A DNA stretch of 48,229 nt from contig JAKPTO010000002.1 in NCBI GenBank assembly GCA_029555085.1, positions 1 through 48,229 of the forward strand, written 5' to 3'. Each line of letters opens with the position of its first letter. The first letter of the stretch is position 1. Position numbers and translations under genes: made by a program. The stretch comes from a bacterium (GTDB lineage: Bacteria > Patescibacteriota > Patescibacteriia > UBA1558 > S5-K13). Under the pieces are notes generated by a model that saw nothing but the letters and a program-made list of their open reading frames with translations, made no database searches and was not told the DNA's origin. This document shows, piece after piece, positions 29,320 to 37,854 of the stretch.

Positions 29320-30423
29320 TTATAGTCCTCTTTTTTCAAGTTCTTCAATGAGCTTTTTTTGATCTTTGTTTAAATATTTAGGAACATCTAATATAACTTT
29401 TACATGATGATCTCCGCGACCACGAGAGTTTAATTTTGAAACACCTTTTCCTTTTAAAATAAAAACTTTTCCACTTGAAGTAAGTTCTGGAATTTTTAAT
29501 TTAACTTCTCCGTCAATTGTATCAACTAAAATTTTATCACCTTTTATAAGCTGAGAATATTTTAATTTTATAGTTGAGAAAATATCATCTCCTTTTCTTT
29601 CAAACTTGGAACTTTTTGAAACTCTAATAATTATATACAAATCTCCACTTACTGATCCTTTTGAACCTGATTCACCCTTTCCTGATAATCTAATTGTTTG
29701 TCCATCGCTGATTCCAGCTGGAATTTTTACTTTTATTTCTTCTGTTCCGTTTATTGAACCCGCACCACCACACTTATTACATGTATCTTTAAAAATATTC
29801 CCTGTTCCATCGCAATCAGGACATATTGTCACGCTCGCAAAATTACCAAAAAATGTTTGTTGCTGAACTGTTACACGACCAGAACCATTACATTTTTTAC
29901 ATGTTTGAGAATTGGAGCCACATTTTCCATTACATTTATCACAGACTATTTTTTTATTTAATCTTAGATGTTTTTCTGTTCCAAATACTGACTCTTCAAA
30001 GCTAATGTCAACCTCTGTTTGAATATCTCTGCCCTTATGAGACTGTCTTGAAGAACGTCTTGAACCACCAAAAAAATCACCAAAAATATCTCCAATATCT
30101 CCAAAATCAAATCCAGCTTCAGAGTTATTAAAACCTCCAAATCCTTGTCTCGAAAAATCTTGCCAACTAAATCCACCGCCAAATGGATTAGCGCCTGCAC
30201 CAGAAAAACCTGAACTAAAATCACTACCAAATTGATCGTATTTTTGTCTCTTTTCCTTGTCTTTTAAAACCTGATAGGCCTCATTTATTTCTTTAAATTT
30301 TTCCTCATTACCACCTTTTTTATCAGGATGATATTTATGAGCTAATTTAGAAAAAGCTTTTTTAATATCAGATTGGCTCGCATTTTTATCTACGCCTAAT
30401 ATTTTATAGTAATCTTTTGACAT
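29320..30423 (-). CDS. dnaJ: Molecular chaperone DnaJ
   Basis: J-domain HPD, G/F region, four CxxCxG repeats, C-terminal domain. Confidence 0.98.
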   Translation of the reverse strand: MSKDYYKILGVDKNASQSDIKKAFSKLAHKYHPDKKGGNEEKFKEINEAYQVLKDKEKRQKYDQFGSDFSSGFSGAGANPFGGGFSWQDFSRQGFGGFNNSEAGFDFGDIGDIFGDFFGGSRRSSRQSHKGRDIQTEVDISFEESVFGTEKHLRLNKKIVCDKCNGKCGSNSQTCKKCNGSGRVTVQQQTFFGNFASVTICPDCDGTGNIFKDTCNKCGGAGSINGTEEIKVKIPAGISDGQTIRLSGKGESGSKGSVSGDLYIIIRVSKSSKFERKGDDIFSTIKLKYSQLIKGDKILVDTIDGEVKLKIPELTSSGKVFILKGKGVSKLNSRGRGDHHVKVILDVPKYLNKDQKKLIEELEKRGL

Positions 30424-30442
30424 TTTTGAATTTTAAAACATT

Positions 30443-30733
30443 TTAAGAATCTTTTTTATCTGTAAAACCAATTGTTTTATCTGGACTATCTGATTCTTTT
30501 ATTTCACCAAATGTATTTTCATATTTCTCTATATTATCTTGAAGAGCTTTTATGATTCTTTTCAAATGCCCAGGAGTTGTAATAACTTTTGCGCAAACTC
30601 TTCCTGATGGCGCTGTAATGTTTAAAAAATTCATAATAAACTCTTCTTTATTGTGCATTATTTGCATTGCGTTTGCATATTCTCCGCCAGGAAAATTATC
30701 AGCAATTTTTATTTCTACTTGTTTATTTTCCAT
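30443..30733 (-). CDS. DUF3467-like small protein
   Basis: G.YAN...I.H..EEF..F..[RK]VI.TP.H.KR...AL..NI.KYE..FG.I pattern. Confidence 0.75.
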   Translation of the reverse strand: MENKQVEIKIADNFPGGEYANAMQIMHNKEEFIMNFLNITAPSGRVCAKVITTPGHLKRIIKALQDNIEKYENTFGEIKESDSPDKTIGFTDKKDS

Positions 30734-30744
30734 ATATTTATCAC

Positions 30745-30777
30745 AGACCTCGAAGAATCTAAGAATCCTCGAGGTCT
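30745..30777. repeat. REP-like palindrome
   Basis: AGACCTCGA..TCGAGGTCT imperfect hairpin between dnaK and the next gene. Confidence 0.6.
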
Positions 30778-30788
30778 TTTATAATTAT

Positions 30789-32744
30789 TTATTCTTTTTT
30801 AACTTCTTCATATTCGCCCTCAACTGGACCATCTTGTTTAGGCGCTTCTTGATTTGTCTGAGTTTCGTTTGGATTTGGATTCTGAGCTGAATTCTGAGCT
30901 TGTGACTGAGCATACATTGATTTCCCAACTTCCTGCACTACTTCGTTCATTTCTTCTAATTTTTTCTTCATATCATCAATATTATTCACTTCTCTTGCTT
31001 TTTTAAGCTCTTCTAATTTATCTGTTACTTTTTTCTTTAAATCCTCAGGAATTCCATTTGGATATTTAGTTTTATCATCAGCGTCTTTTAATAATCTTTC
31101 TGTGCTGTAAATTACAGTATCAACATTGTTTTGCATTTCAATTTCTTCTTTTTTCTTTTTGTCTTCATCAGCATACTTTTCCGCTTCTTGTTTCATTTTT
31201 TCAATATCATCTTTTGAAAGACCACTTGATGCTGTTATTGTAATTTTTTGCTCTTTATTTGTAGCCTTATCAACTGCTTTTACATTTAAAATTCCATTTG
31301 CATCAATATCAAAAGAAACTTCAATTTGTGGAATACCACGAGGTGCTGGTGGAATTCCGTCTAAAATAAACCTACCCAATGTTTTGTTATCTTGTGCCAT
31401 TGGTCTCTCACCTTGTAAAATATGAATTTCTACAGATGTCTGACTATCTGCTGCGGTTGAAAAAATTTGAGATTTTGAACTTGGAATAGTTGTATTTTTC
31501 TCTATTAAAGGAGTCATAACACCTCCCAATGTTTCAATTCCAAGTGTAAGTGGGGTTATATCAAGTAATAACACTTCTTTTCCGCCAATCGAGCCCTCAA
31601 ATTGTCCCGCTTGAACTGCTGCGCCTAGTGCTACAACTTCATCAGGATTTACTGATACATTTGGTTTTCTACCAAAAAATTCTTCTACTTTTTTCTGAAC
31701 GCAAGGCATTCTTGTCATGCCTCCCACTAAAATTACTTCATCTATATCAGCAATTTGAAAACCCGCATCAGATATTGCTTTTTTGCATGGCTCTATTGTT
31801 GAATCTACTAAATCTTTTATCAAATCTTCTAATTTTGCTCTGGTTATTTTCATAACTAGATGTTTTGGTCCACTCGCATCCGTAGTAATAAATGGTTGGT
31901 TAATTTCAGTTTCTTGCGCTGTAGATAATTCTATTTTTGCTTTTTCTGCGGATTCTTTTAGACGCTGTAATGCAGTTTTATCTCCAGATAAATCAATTCC
32001 CTGATCTTTTTTAAATTCCTCAATAATCCACTGAATAATTCTCTGATCAAAGTCATCTCCACCTAAATGTGTATCACCGTTTGTGGATTTTACTTCAACA
32101 GTTGATTGTTTTGATTCTTTATCATAAGAAATATCCAAAACTGAAATATCGAAAGTTCCACCACCTAAATCATAAACAGCAATTTGTTTATCATCTTCTT
32201 TGTCAAACCCATAAGCAAACGCGGCTGCGGTTGGCTCATTTATAATTCTTTTTACTTTTAATCCTGCTATTTCTCCTGCGTCTTTTGTTGCTTGACGCTG
32301 TGCGTCATTAAAATATGCTGGAACTGTAATTACAGCTTCTTCAACCTTATCTCCTGTTTTTTCCTCGGCATCAGCTTTTAATTTCTGTAAAATCATTGCT
32401 GAAATTTCTTGGGGTGTGTATTCTTTTCCACCCATCTCAACTTTTACTCCCTCTCCTGATTTTACAATTTTATATGGAAGAGTTTTCACATCTTCTTGAA
32501 CTTCTGTATCAGAAAAACTTCTTCCAATTAATCTTTTTATGGAAAACACAGTGTTCTCTGGATTAACTACTGCTTGTCTTTTCGCAAGCTGACCGACTAA
32601 TCTTTCATTTGCTTTTGACATAGCAACAACAGAAGGTGTTGTTCTATTTCCTTCTTTATTCTCAATGATTTCTGGTTTTCCACCTTGAATAACAGCCATT
32701 GCGCTGTTTGTTGTTCCAAGGTCAATTCCTATTATTTTTGACAT
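30789..32744 (-). CDS. dnaK: Molecular chaperone DnaK
   Basis: [38 protein letters not shown]. Confidence 0.99.
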   Translation of the reverse strand: MSKIIGIDLGTTNSAMAVIQGGKPEIIENKEGNRTTPSVVAMSKANERLVGQLAKRQAVVNPENTVFSIKRLIGRSFSDTEVQEDVKTLPYKIVKSGEGVKVEMGGKEYTPQEISAMILQKLKADAEEKTGDKVEEAVITVPAYFNDAQRQATKDAGEIAGLKVKRIINEPTAAAFAYGFDKEDDKQIAVYDLGGGTFDISVLDISYDKESKQSTVEVKSTNGDTHLGGDDFDQRIIQWIIEEFKKDQGIDLSGDKTALQRLKESAEKAKIELSTAQETEINQPFITTDASGPKHLVMKITRAKLEDLIKDLVDSTIEPCKKAISDAGFQIADIDEVILVGGMTRMPCVQKKVEEFFGRKPNVSVNPDEVVALGAAVQAGQFEGSIGGKEVLLLDITPLTLGIETLGGVMTPLIEKNTTIPSSKSQIFSTAADSQTSVEIHILQGERPMAQDNKTLGRFILDGIPPAPRGIPQIEVSFDIDANGILNVKAVDKATNKEQKITITASSGLSKDDIEKMKQEAEKYADEDKKKKEEIEMQNNVDTVIYSTERLLKDADDKTKYPNGIPEDLKKKVTDKLEELKKAREVNNIDDMKKKLEEMNEVVQEVGKSMYAQSQAQNSAQNPNPNETQTNQEAPKQDGPVEGEYEEVKKE

Positions 32745-32754
32745 ATTATTTTTT

Positions 32755-32774
32755 ATCCCGCCAAAGGCGTGGAT
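32755..32774. repeat. GC-rich mini-hairpin between the SD-like sequence and the dnaK start
   Basis: ATCCCGCC-aaa-GGCGtGGAT. Confidence 0.65.
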
Positions 32775-32804
32775 TCCTTTCTTAATTTATTTAATATTAT
32801 TTTA

Positions 32805-33125
32805 TTATTGAATTGCTTTTATAATATCTTTTTCATTTTTTATAAAATCATACACACATAAAACATCTGCACTTGTTATGGATTCATTGTTATTTTTTAA
32901 TTTCATAATTTCGTCTGCTTCTAAATCTGTAATTACAGCTTGACCAACCATACCTGTGGGTATAAAAATCGCTTTCATAGCAACTCCGGTTCCACATTTT
33001 TGACACTTGAAATACGACAAAATATACGAATCATTTGCTTCAAGTAATTTTACTTTTGAATAATTATAAGTATCTCCACAAACCGGACATTTTTGTAATA
33101 ATTTTTTTGATAATAAATTGTTCAT
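32805..33125 (-). CDS. Zn-ribbon protein (CxxC..CxxC) of unknown function
   Basis: CPVC and CQKC; lies in the chaperone operon. Confidence 0.8.
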   Translation of the reverse strand: MNNLLSKKLLQKCPVCGDTYNYSKVKLLEANDSYILSYFKCQKCGTGVAMKAIFIPTGMVGQAVITDLEADEIMKLKNNNESITSADVLCVYDFIKNEKDIIKAIQ

Positions 33126-33215
33126 TTTTATTTAATTATTATTTTAATTTATATTATTTCTATAAAAATAATACCTTTATTATATTTACCAATTAATCAA
33201 TTTTAATTTTGTGGT

Positions 33216-33330
33216 CTGGAATTCATGTTTTAGACATAAATTCCAGTCAAATTGAATCTCCCCCGAAATCCTGAATCTTGCCTACAAATAAGCAGGCAAG
33301 TTCAGAGTAACAAAGGGTAAAAATTCCAGT
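33216..33330. repeat. Compound palindromic intergenic element
   Basis: Hairpin CTGGAATT..AATTCCAG (33216-33246); nested CTGAA-t-CTTGCCT..AGGCAAG-TTCAG (33271-33305); direct repeat AAATTCCAGT at 33238-33247 and 33321-33330. Confidence 0.65.
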
Positions 33331-33747
33331 TTATTTATTTTTTACATCAATTTTAACTGTTTTAGGTTTTACCTCTTCTCTTTTTGGAATCTTTATTTCT
33401 AAAATTCCTTTTTCATATTCTGCTTTTGCTTTGTCGCCATCAACTGAAGTTGGAAGCTGTACTGATCTGTAAAAAGAACCGCGTCTTATTTCTTTTTTGT
33501 AATAATTTTTCTCGTCAATTTCTGATTCCTTTTCCATTGATGATTCAACGGTTAGTACATCATTTTCAATAGAAACATCGATTTTTTCTGGATCAACTCC
33601 TGGAAGCGCGACTCTTGCAATCACATTGTCTTTATCTTGATAAATATCAAGAGATGGGACAAATGTGTTTGGTCTTAGCATTGGCATAAAACCCCAATCA
33701 TCGTCATCTAGTGAGTTAAACACTGGATTCCATTTTATTAGTCTCAT
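33331..33747 (-). CDS. Small heat shock protein (Hsp20/alpha-crystallin)
   Basis: P.LDIYQ, LPGVDPEKI, E.RRGSFYRSVQLP, A.YEKGILEIKIPK. Start set to ATG 33747, after AAAGGAG. Confidence 0.95.
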   Translation of the reverse strand: MRLIKWNPVFNSLDDDDWGFMPMLRPNTFVPSLDIYQDKDNVIARVALPGVDPEKIDVSIENDVLTVESSMEKESEIDEKNYYKKEIRRGSFYRSVQLPTSVDGDKAKAEYEKGILEIKIPKREEVKPKTVKIDVKNK

Positions 33748-33751
33748 AATT

Positions 33752-34318
33752 TTATTCTCCTTTCTCCGAGTCAAACTCGGTTTTTTGATTCCCTAATCTA
33801 AAATCAGTGGAATCTTTTATTTTATTATTATTTTTATTATTATTTTTACAAACTATAACTTTTGCTGGTTGAATTACTTTGCCATTTAATTCAAATCCGG
33901 GTGTTACTTCTGTAAGTATTTCATTGTCATTGCAATCTGCAAGCTCTTCAAAATCAACTGCCTCGTGTTTATTGTGATCAAACTGCTCTCCTATTGTTTT
34001 TATCTGATTTATTCCAAATTTCTCAAAAAAATCCATCCATAATTTTTTGATATGTTCTAGACCTATAAACCATCCCTGTTGTCTATCTTCTTCTTTTACA
34101 TGAGTTAGCGCTGAATTAAAGTGTGAAAAAAGTGGCAATAATTCCAAAATCATTTCAGCGTTTCCAAATTCAATCACATCTTTTATTCTTTTTTCTGTTT
34201 GTTTTTTATAATTTTCAAAATCAGCTTGTGCGCGTTTCCAGCCATTTAAATATTCTTCATTTTTTAATTTTAATTCTTCTACTTCCTTTGATGTCTTATT
34301 TTTTATTTTTTTCTCCAT
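33752..34318 (-). CDS. grpE: Nucleotide exchange factor GrpE
   Basis: RAQADFENYKK, GEQFD..KHEAV, GFELNGKVIQPAKV. Confidence 0.96.
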   Translation of the reverse strand: MEKKIKNKTSKEVEELKLKNEEYLNGWKRAQADFENYKKQTEKRIKDVIEFGNAEMILELLPLFSHFNSALTHVKEEDRQQGWFIGLEHIKKLWMDFFEKFGINQIKTIGEQFDHNKHEAVDFEELADCNDNEILTEVTPGFELNGKVIQPAKVIVCKNNNKNNNKIKDSTDFRLGNQKTEFDSEKGE

Positions 34319-34330
34319 ATTTTTATAAAA

Positions 34331-34417
34331 TTAGGGTTTAGGGGCTGTGATATTGAATTTAGGAACCGTGACTAGGAGTTAAAATCCTCTCATCCTAAGT
34401 CCTAACACCTAATCCCC
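34331..34417. repeat. Short inverted TTAGG/CCTAA heptad-type repeats between hrcA and grpE
   Basis: TTAGGGTTTAGGGG..TTTAGGA opposed to CCTAAGT CCTAACA CCTAATC. Confidence 0.5.
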
Positions 34418-35101
34418 TATCTTATTCTTAAAATAGTTAATTAATGCTAAATTCTGTTTGTAATCCATTCTTGTTGGTCCTATTATTGTTATAACACCAT
34501 GAGAAAATCTTGATTTTATTGATGATAAATTTTCACTAAAAGAACCCTCTACACCAATTGAAATTTCAGTATTTTTTACATTTTCAAATAAGCTTTCACA
34601 AATTGACTCTAAATTATCAAAAACTAAACTTAAATTTTGTAATTTTTCAAATTCATAAAACTCTGGTTGTGATAACACATCTGAAAATCCAGTAATATAA
34701 TAATTGTAGGGAGAGAAGCAAAGCAAAATTGCATTTTTAGATATGTCAGTATAAAATTTTGCTAAAAATTTTGATTTCTGACTTACATCATTTATTGTTA
34801 AAGTATTGAGAAATGATTCCAATTTTGTTTCAATTTTTTTTGAAAGTTTTTGCTCGTAATTTAAATCATTTACATATAATCTATAAGCTAAGTTTGTAGG
34901 AATTCTTCCAGCAGATATATATGGCTGATACAAATATCCCGCCTCGTCAAGCTCAAGCATAATATTTCTTACAGTTGCCGAACAACAATCTAACTTTTTT
35001 TTATTAACCAAATATTCTGAGGCAATAGGATTTTTTGACTCAATATATTCTTCTATTATTGCATATAATATTTTCTTGTATTTTTTGTCTAATGTTTTCA
35101 T
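34409..35101 (-). CDS. hrcA: Heat-inducible transcription repressor HrcA (short form)
   Basis: IL.AIIEEYI..PIAS, SATVRN.M..L...GYL.QP..SAGRIPT, IIGPTRMDY; CIRCE upstream. Confidence 0.95.
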   Translation of the reverse strand: MKTLDKKYKKILYAIIEEYIESKNPIASEYLVNKKKLDCCSATVRNIMLELDEAGYLYQPYISAGRIPTNLAYRLYVNDLNYEQKLSKKIETKLESFLNTLTINDVSQKSKFLAKFYTDISKNAILLCFSPYNYYITGFSDVLSQPEFYEFEKLQNLSLVFDNLESICESLFENVKNTEISIGVEGSFSENLSSIKSRFSHGVITIIGPTRMDYKQNLALINYFKNKIGD

Positions 35102-35122
35102 AAAAAAATATACTATACTTTT

Positions 35123-35149
35123 TTAGCAATCACGAGTTGAGAGTGCTAA
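35123..35149. promoter_or_regulatory. CIRCE operator
   Basis: TTAGCAaTC-N9-GAGTGCTAA, one mismatch from consensus. Confidence 0.95.
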
Positions 35150-35153
35150 ATTT

Positions 35154-35181
35154 AGTATAGCATATTTTAAAATCGTGTCAA
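35154..35181 (-). promoter_or_regulatory. Sigma70 promoter of the hrcA operon
   Basis: TTGACA-N16-TATACT with extended -10 TG, directly upstream of CIRCE. Confidence 0.85.
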
Positions 35182-35196
35182 ATGTTTTATAAATAA

Positions 35197-35334
35197 CTAG
35201 TTTTCTAAATTATCCACAGCTTCTACCATTGGTTCATCACAACAAACTAATTCCCCTCCACCAACTTTTGTAACAATGATTTCATTTCCACATATTTCAC
35301 AAATAAATTTTTGTCCAACCTGTTCTACATTCAT
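35197..35334 (-). CDS. Desulforedoxin-like FeS4 iron-binding protein (45 aa, absent from the ORF track)
   Basis: MNVEQVGQKFICEICGNEIIVTKVGGGELVCCDEPMVEAVDNLEN; CxxCGN..GGG.L.CC..PM signature. Confidence 0.9.
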   Translation of the reverse strand: MNVEQVGQKFICEICGNEIIVTKVGGGELVCCDEPMVEAVDNLEN

Positions 35335-35371
35335 ATAATTAATTATTATTATTTAATTATAAAATATATAA

Positions 35372-36448
35372 TTAGTTACACTCTCCTGAAACATTTGCGT
35401 CGGTTGATAATGTGTTAGCACACATATCACTTAAATCTGTATTGTATTGACAAAAATTCGCCTTGATTGTTTCTGAATCAATTCCTGAAAATTCATATCT
35501 ATTATTAGCAATCCATGTTGGAGAAGCTCCTATTTCTAATTCATTGCTTAATTTTATATTTTCTGATAATAGTTTTTTACCTTCTTCACTGCTAAAACAT
35601 TCTTTAATTTTTGGAAAATTCTTTGCACAGTTTTCCCATTTATAATTTGTAGGATCTTTTTCCATCTCTGCATTAACACACCAAATATAATCCATATATT
35701 TATAATTGTCTGGATAATATTTCATTGCGCAAAGTCCTCTTATGTCTTCATCAACTTCTGGTTGTCCATGTAATGAATCAAAGACCCCACTTGAAGTTTC
35801 GCTAGCAATGTAATGAATTTTAAAATTAATTTTATCTTTGAAATTAGATAATACTTCCTTCATGGCATTCAATGCTTCTGTACCGTATGGACATTGACTC
35901 ATTACAAAAAGATCTAAACTATTTGCTACATTTTCTCTACAAACCAAACTTCCAATACAATCTGGATCCTCGCAATCTATTTTTCCATTATTTGTATCAT
36001 CTTTTTGATTGTCACATATTTCTTTTGTTGGATCAAATGTTGAGCCCACATTTAAAGATAATAATTCTGGGTCAGTTGCATTTGGGAGAAAAAATTTCTG
36101 CATATTTTTATAATTAGCTTCCGATTTTACAGCAGAGGTAAATAAAATTGCTGGCAAAGTAGTTAATTGATATTGTTTATAGAACTTAGCTCCGTCTGGT
36201 TTCAAATAATCAAATTCTTTAAATTCAATACCGGGAAAAGTCTGTTGAAATGATAGTTTTGCATAATCAACCATATCAGCGCAATCAGCACATCTTGAAT
36301 CATTTACTATATAAGCGACTAATTTTGTGTGGTCTATGTTAATTTTAGTACCCATACCACCTAACTCACCCTTGTAATTAATAAGGAGCGCCACTGTTAA
36401 AGCTACTACTATAACAGCTAAAACAATAATAATTATGTTCTTTTTCAT
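35372..36448 (-). CDS. Membrane-anchored Cys-rich thioredoxin-fold (DsbA/GILT-like) protein
   Basis: TM anchor, CADC, ICDN..DD..NG.IDC.DPDC, FVMSQCPYG, HGQPE, cis-Pro-like ASPT. Confidence 0.75.
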   Translation of the reverse strand: MKKNIIIIVLAVIVVALTVALLINYKGELGGMGTKINIDHTKLVAYIVNDSRCADCADMVDYAKLSFQQTFPGIEFKEFDYLKPDGAKFYKQYQLTTLPAILFTSAVKSEANYKNMQKFFLPNATDPELLSLNVGSTFDPTKEICDNQKDDTNNGKIDCEDPDCIGSLVCRENVANSLDLFVMSQCPYGTEALNAMKEVLSNFKDKINFKIHYIASETSSGVFDSLHGQPEVDEDIRGLCAMKYYPDNYKYMDYIWCVNAEMEKDPTNYKWENCAKNFPKIKECFSSEEGKKLLSENIKLSNELEIGASPTWIANNRYEFSGIDSETIKANFCQYNTDLSDMCANTLSTDANVSGECN

Positions 36449-36529
36449 AATTTTGTTTGTTAACTTATGAATTAATTTTTAATTTTAACTCATAATATAT
36501 TACTACAAAACAAAAAAAAATACAAAAAT

Positions 36530-36561
36530 GCAACCTCGAAGGTCGGCAACCTCGAAGGTTG
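36530..36561. repeat. Tandem palindromic repeat downstream of murF
   Basis: GCAACCTCGAAGGT twice at a 16-nt period; each copy is self-complementary. Confidence 0.7.
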
Positions 36562-36570
36562 GTTGATCAA

Positions 36571-37848
36571 TTACTTGATCCATTCCTTACCTTGTCTGAC
36601 TAATAATTTACTAGCCAAGCCAGGACTTTTCATTATTGCTTTTACGACAAATTCCATCCTAGCGCCCTGAGAGCCCTTTACTAAAATTAAACTATCTTTT
36701 GCTAAAATTGATTTTAAATATTCTATTAATTTTTCTTTATTATCAAAATAGTATGAATTACTAAAATTATTATCCTCTAAATAAGTGTGTATGTGTTTTG
36801 AATTTTCTCCAATCATTAAAACATAATCTATGTCTTTTTTTTCTAATATATGCTGTCCAATTTCTCTATGCAACACAATACTTTCGCTCCCTAATTCAAG
36901 CATATCCCCCAAAACAGCAATTGTTTTACCATGTATTATATTTTTCATATCGCATAAAAGATCTAAAGCTAATTTTGTTGCTTCTGGATTTGAATTATAT
37001 GTATCATCAATAATATAAGAATCCTTTATTCCTCTTATCAAACGAGTCCTGCCATATGGAGAAATATAGTCCTTTGCAAAAATAGAAATTTCTACTAAAT
37101 TGATTCCATAAATTAATCCTATCGTAGCAGCAGATAAAAATGCATAAACCTGTGCTAATCCCAAAGAATCTGGAATAAAAACCGGCACAATATTACCAGC
37201 ATATCTTATCTTAAAATTTGTCCTCAAAACATCATCTTTTTTAACAATTTGAAGATCTGTTGCCCAAACATCAGATTCATTTTTTATTCCATATGTCATT
37301 ACTCTGGAATTTAATTGATTTTTTAAAGATGCTACTTTTTCATCATCATTATTTAAAACAGCATAGGAATTTTTCGTAAGTTTAGAAAAAATTTTCTTTT
37401 TTTCGTTCAATACTCCATCTATTGATTTAAAAAATTCTAAATGAACTTGTGAAATTTTAGTTAAAACCGCAACATCTATATTTATAAAATTAACCAGATA
37501 TTCAATATCTCCCGGATGATCTGCGCCCATTTCAATTATTAATTTACTAGGATATTTTTTATATTTAAAAATTAAAAGATAAATTGCTCTCCAAAAAACT
37601 TTTAACCAACCAAAAATAGATGTATTTGGCGATTCATTGAAACCAATAATAGTAAGAGGAACTCCAATTTCATTATTTAAGTTTCCTCCAGTTCTTCTGA
37701 CTCTAAATTTTTTTGATAAAATCTGACCTATGGCTTCTTTTGAAGATGTCTTGCCTACGGATCCAGTAATAGCAATAATTTCTGGTTTGTATTTTTTTAA
37801 AATCAGTTTGCTAAAAATTTTTAAAATGTATTTTAATATATTTTTCAT
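36571..37848 (-). CDS. murF: UDP-N-acetylmuramoyl-tripeptide--D-Ala-D-Ala ligase
   Basis: ITGSVGKTS, NNEIGVP, EMG, DDTYNSNP, LGDMLELG, LVKGS. Confidence 0.95.
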   Translation of the reverse strand: MKNILKYILKIFSKLILKKYKPEIIAITGSVGKTSSKEAIGQILSKKFRVRRTGGNLNNEIGVPLTIIGFNESPNTSIFGWLKVFWRAIYLLIFKYKKYPSKLIIEMGADHPGDIEYLVNFINIDVAVLTKISQVHLEFFKSIDGVLNEKKKIFSKLTKNSYAVLNNDDEKVASLKNQLNSRVMTYGIKNESDVWATDLQIVKKDDVLRTNFKIRYAGNIVPVFIPDSLGLAQVYAFLSAATIGLIYGINLVEISIFAKDYISPYGRTRLIRGIKDSYIIDDTYNSNPEATKLALDLLCDMKNIIHGKTIAVLGDMLELGSESIVLHREIGQHILEKKDIDYVLMIGENSKHIHTYLEDNNFSNSYYFDNKEKLIEYLKSILAKDSLILVKGSQGARMEFVVKAIMKSPGLASKLLVRQGKEWIK

Positions 37849-37854
37849 TTTTCA

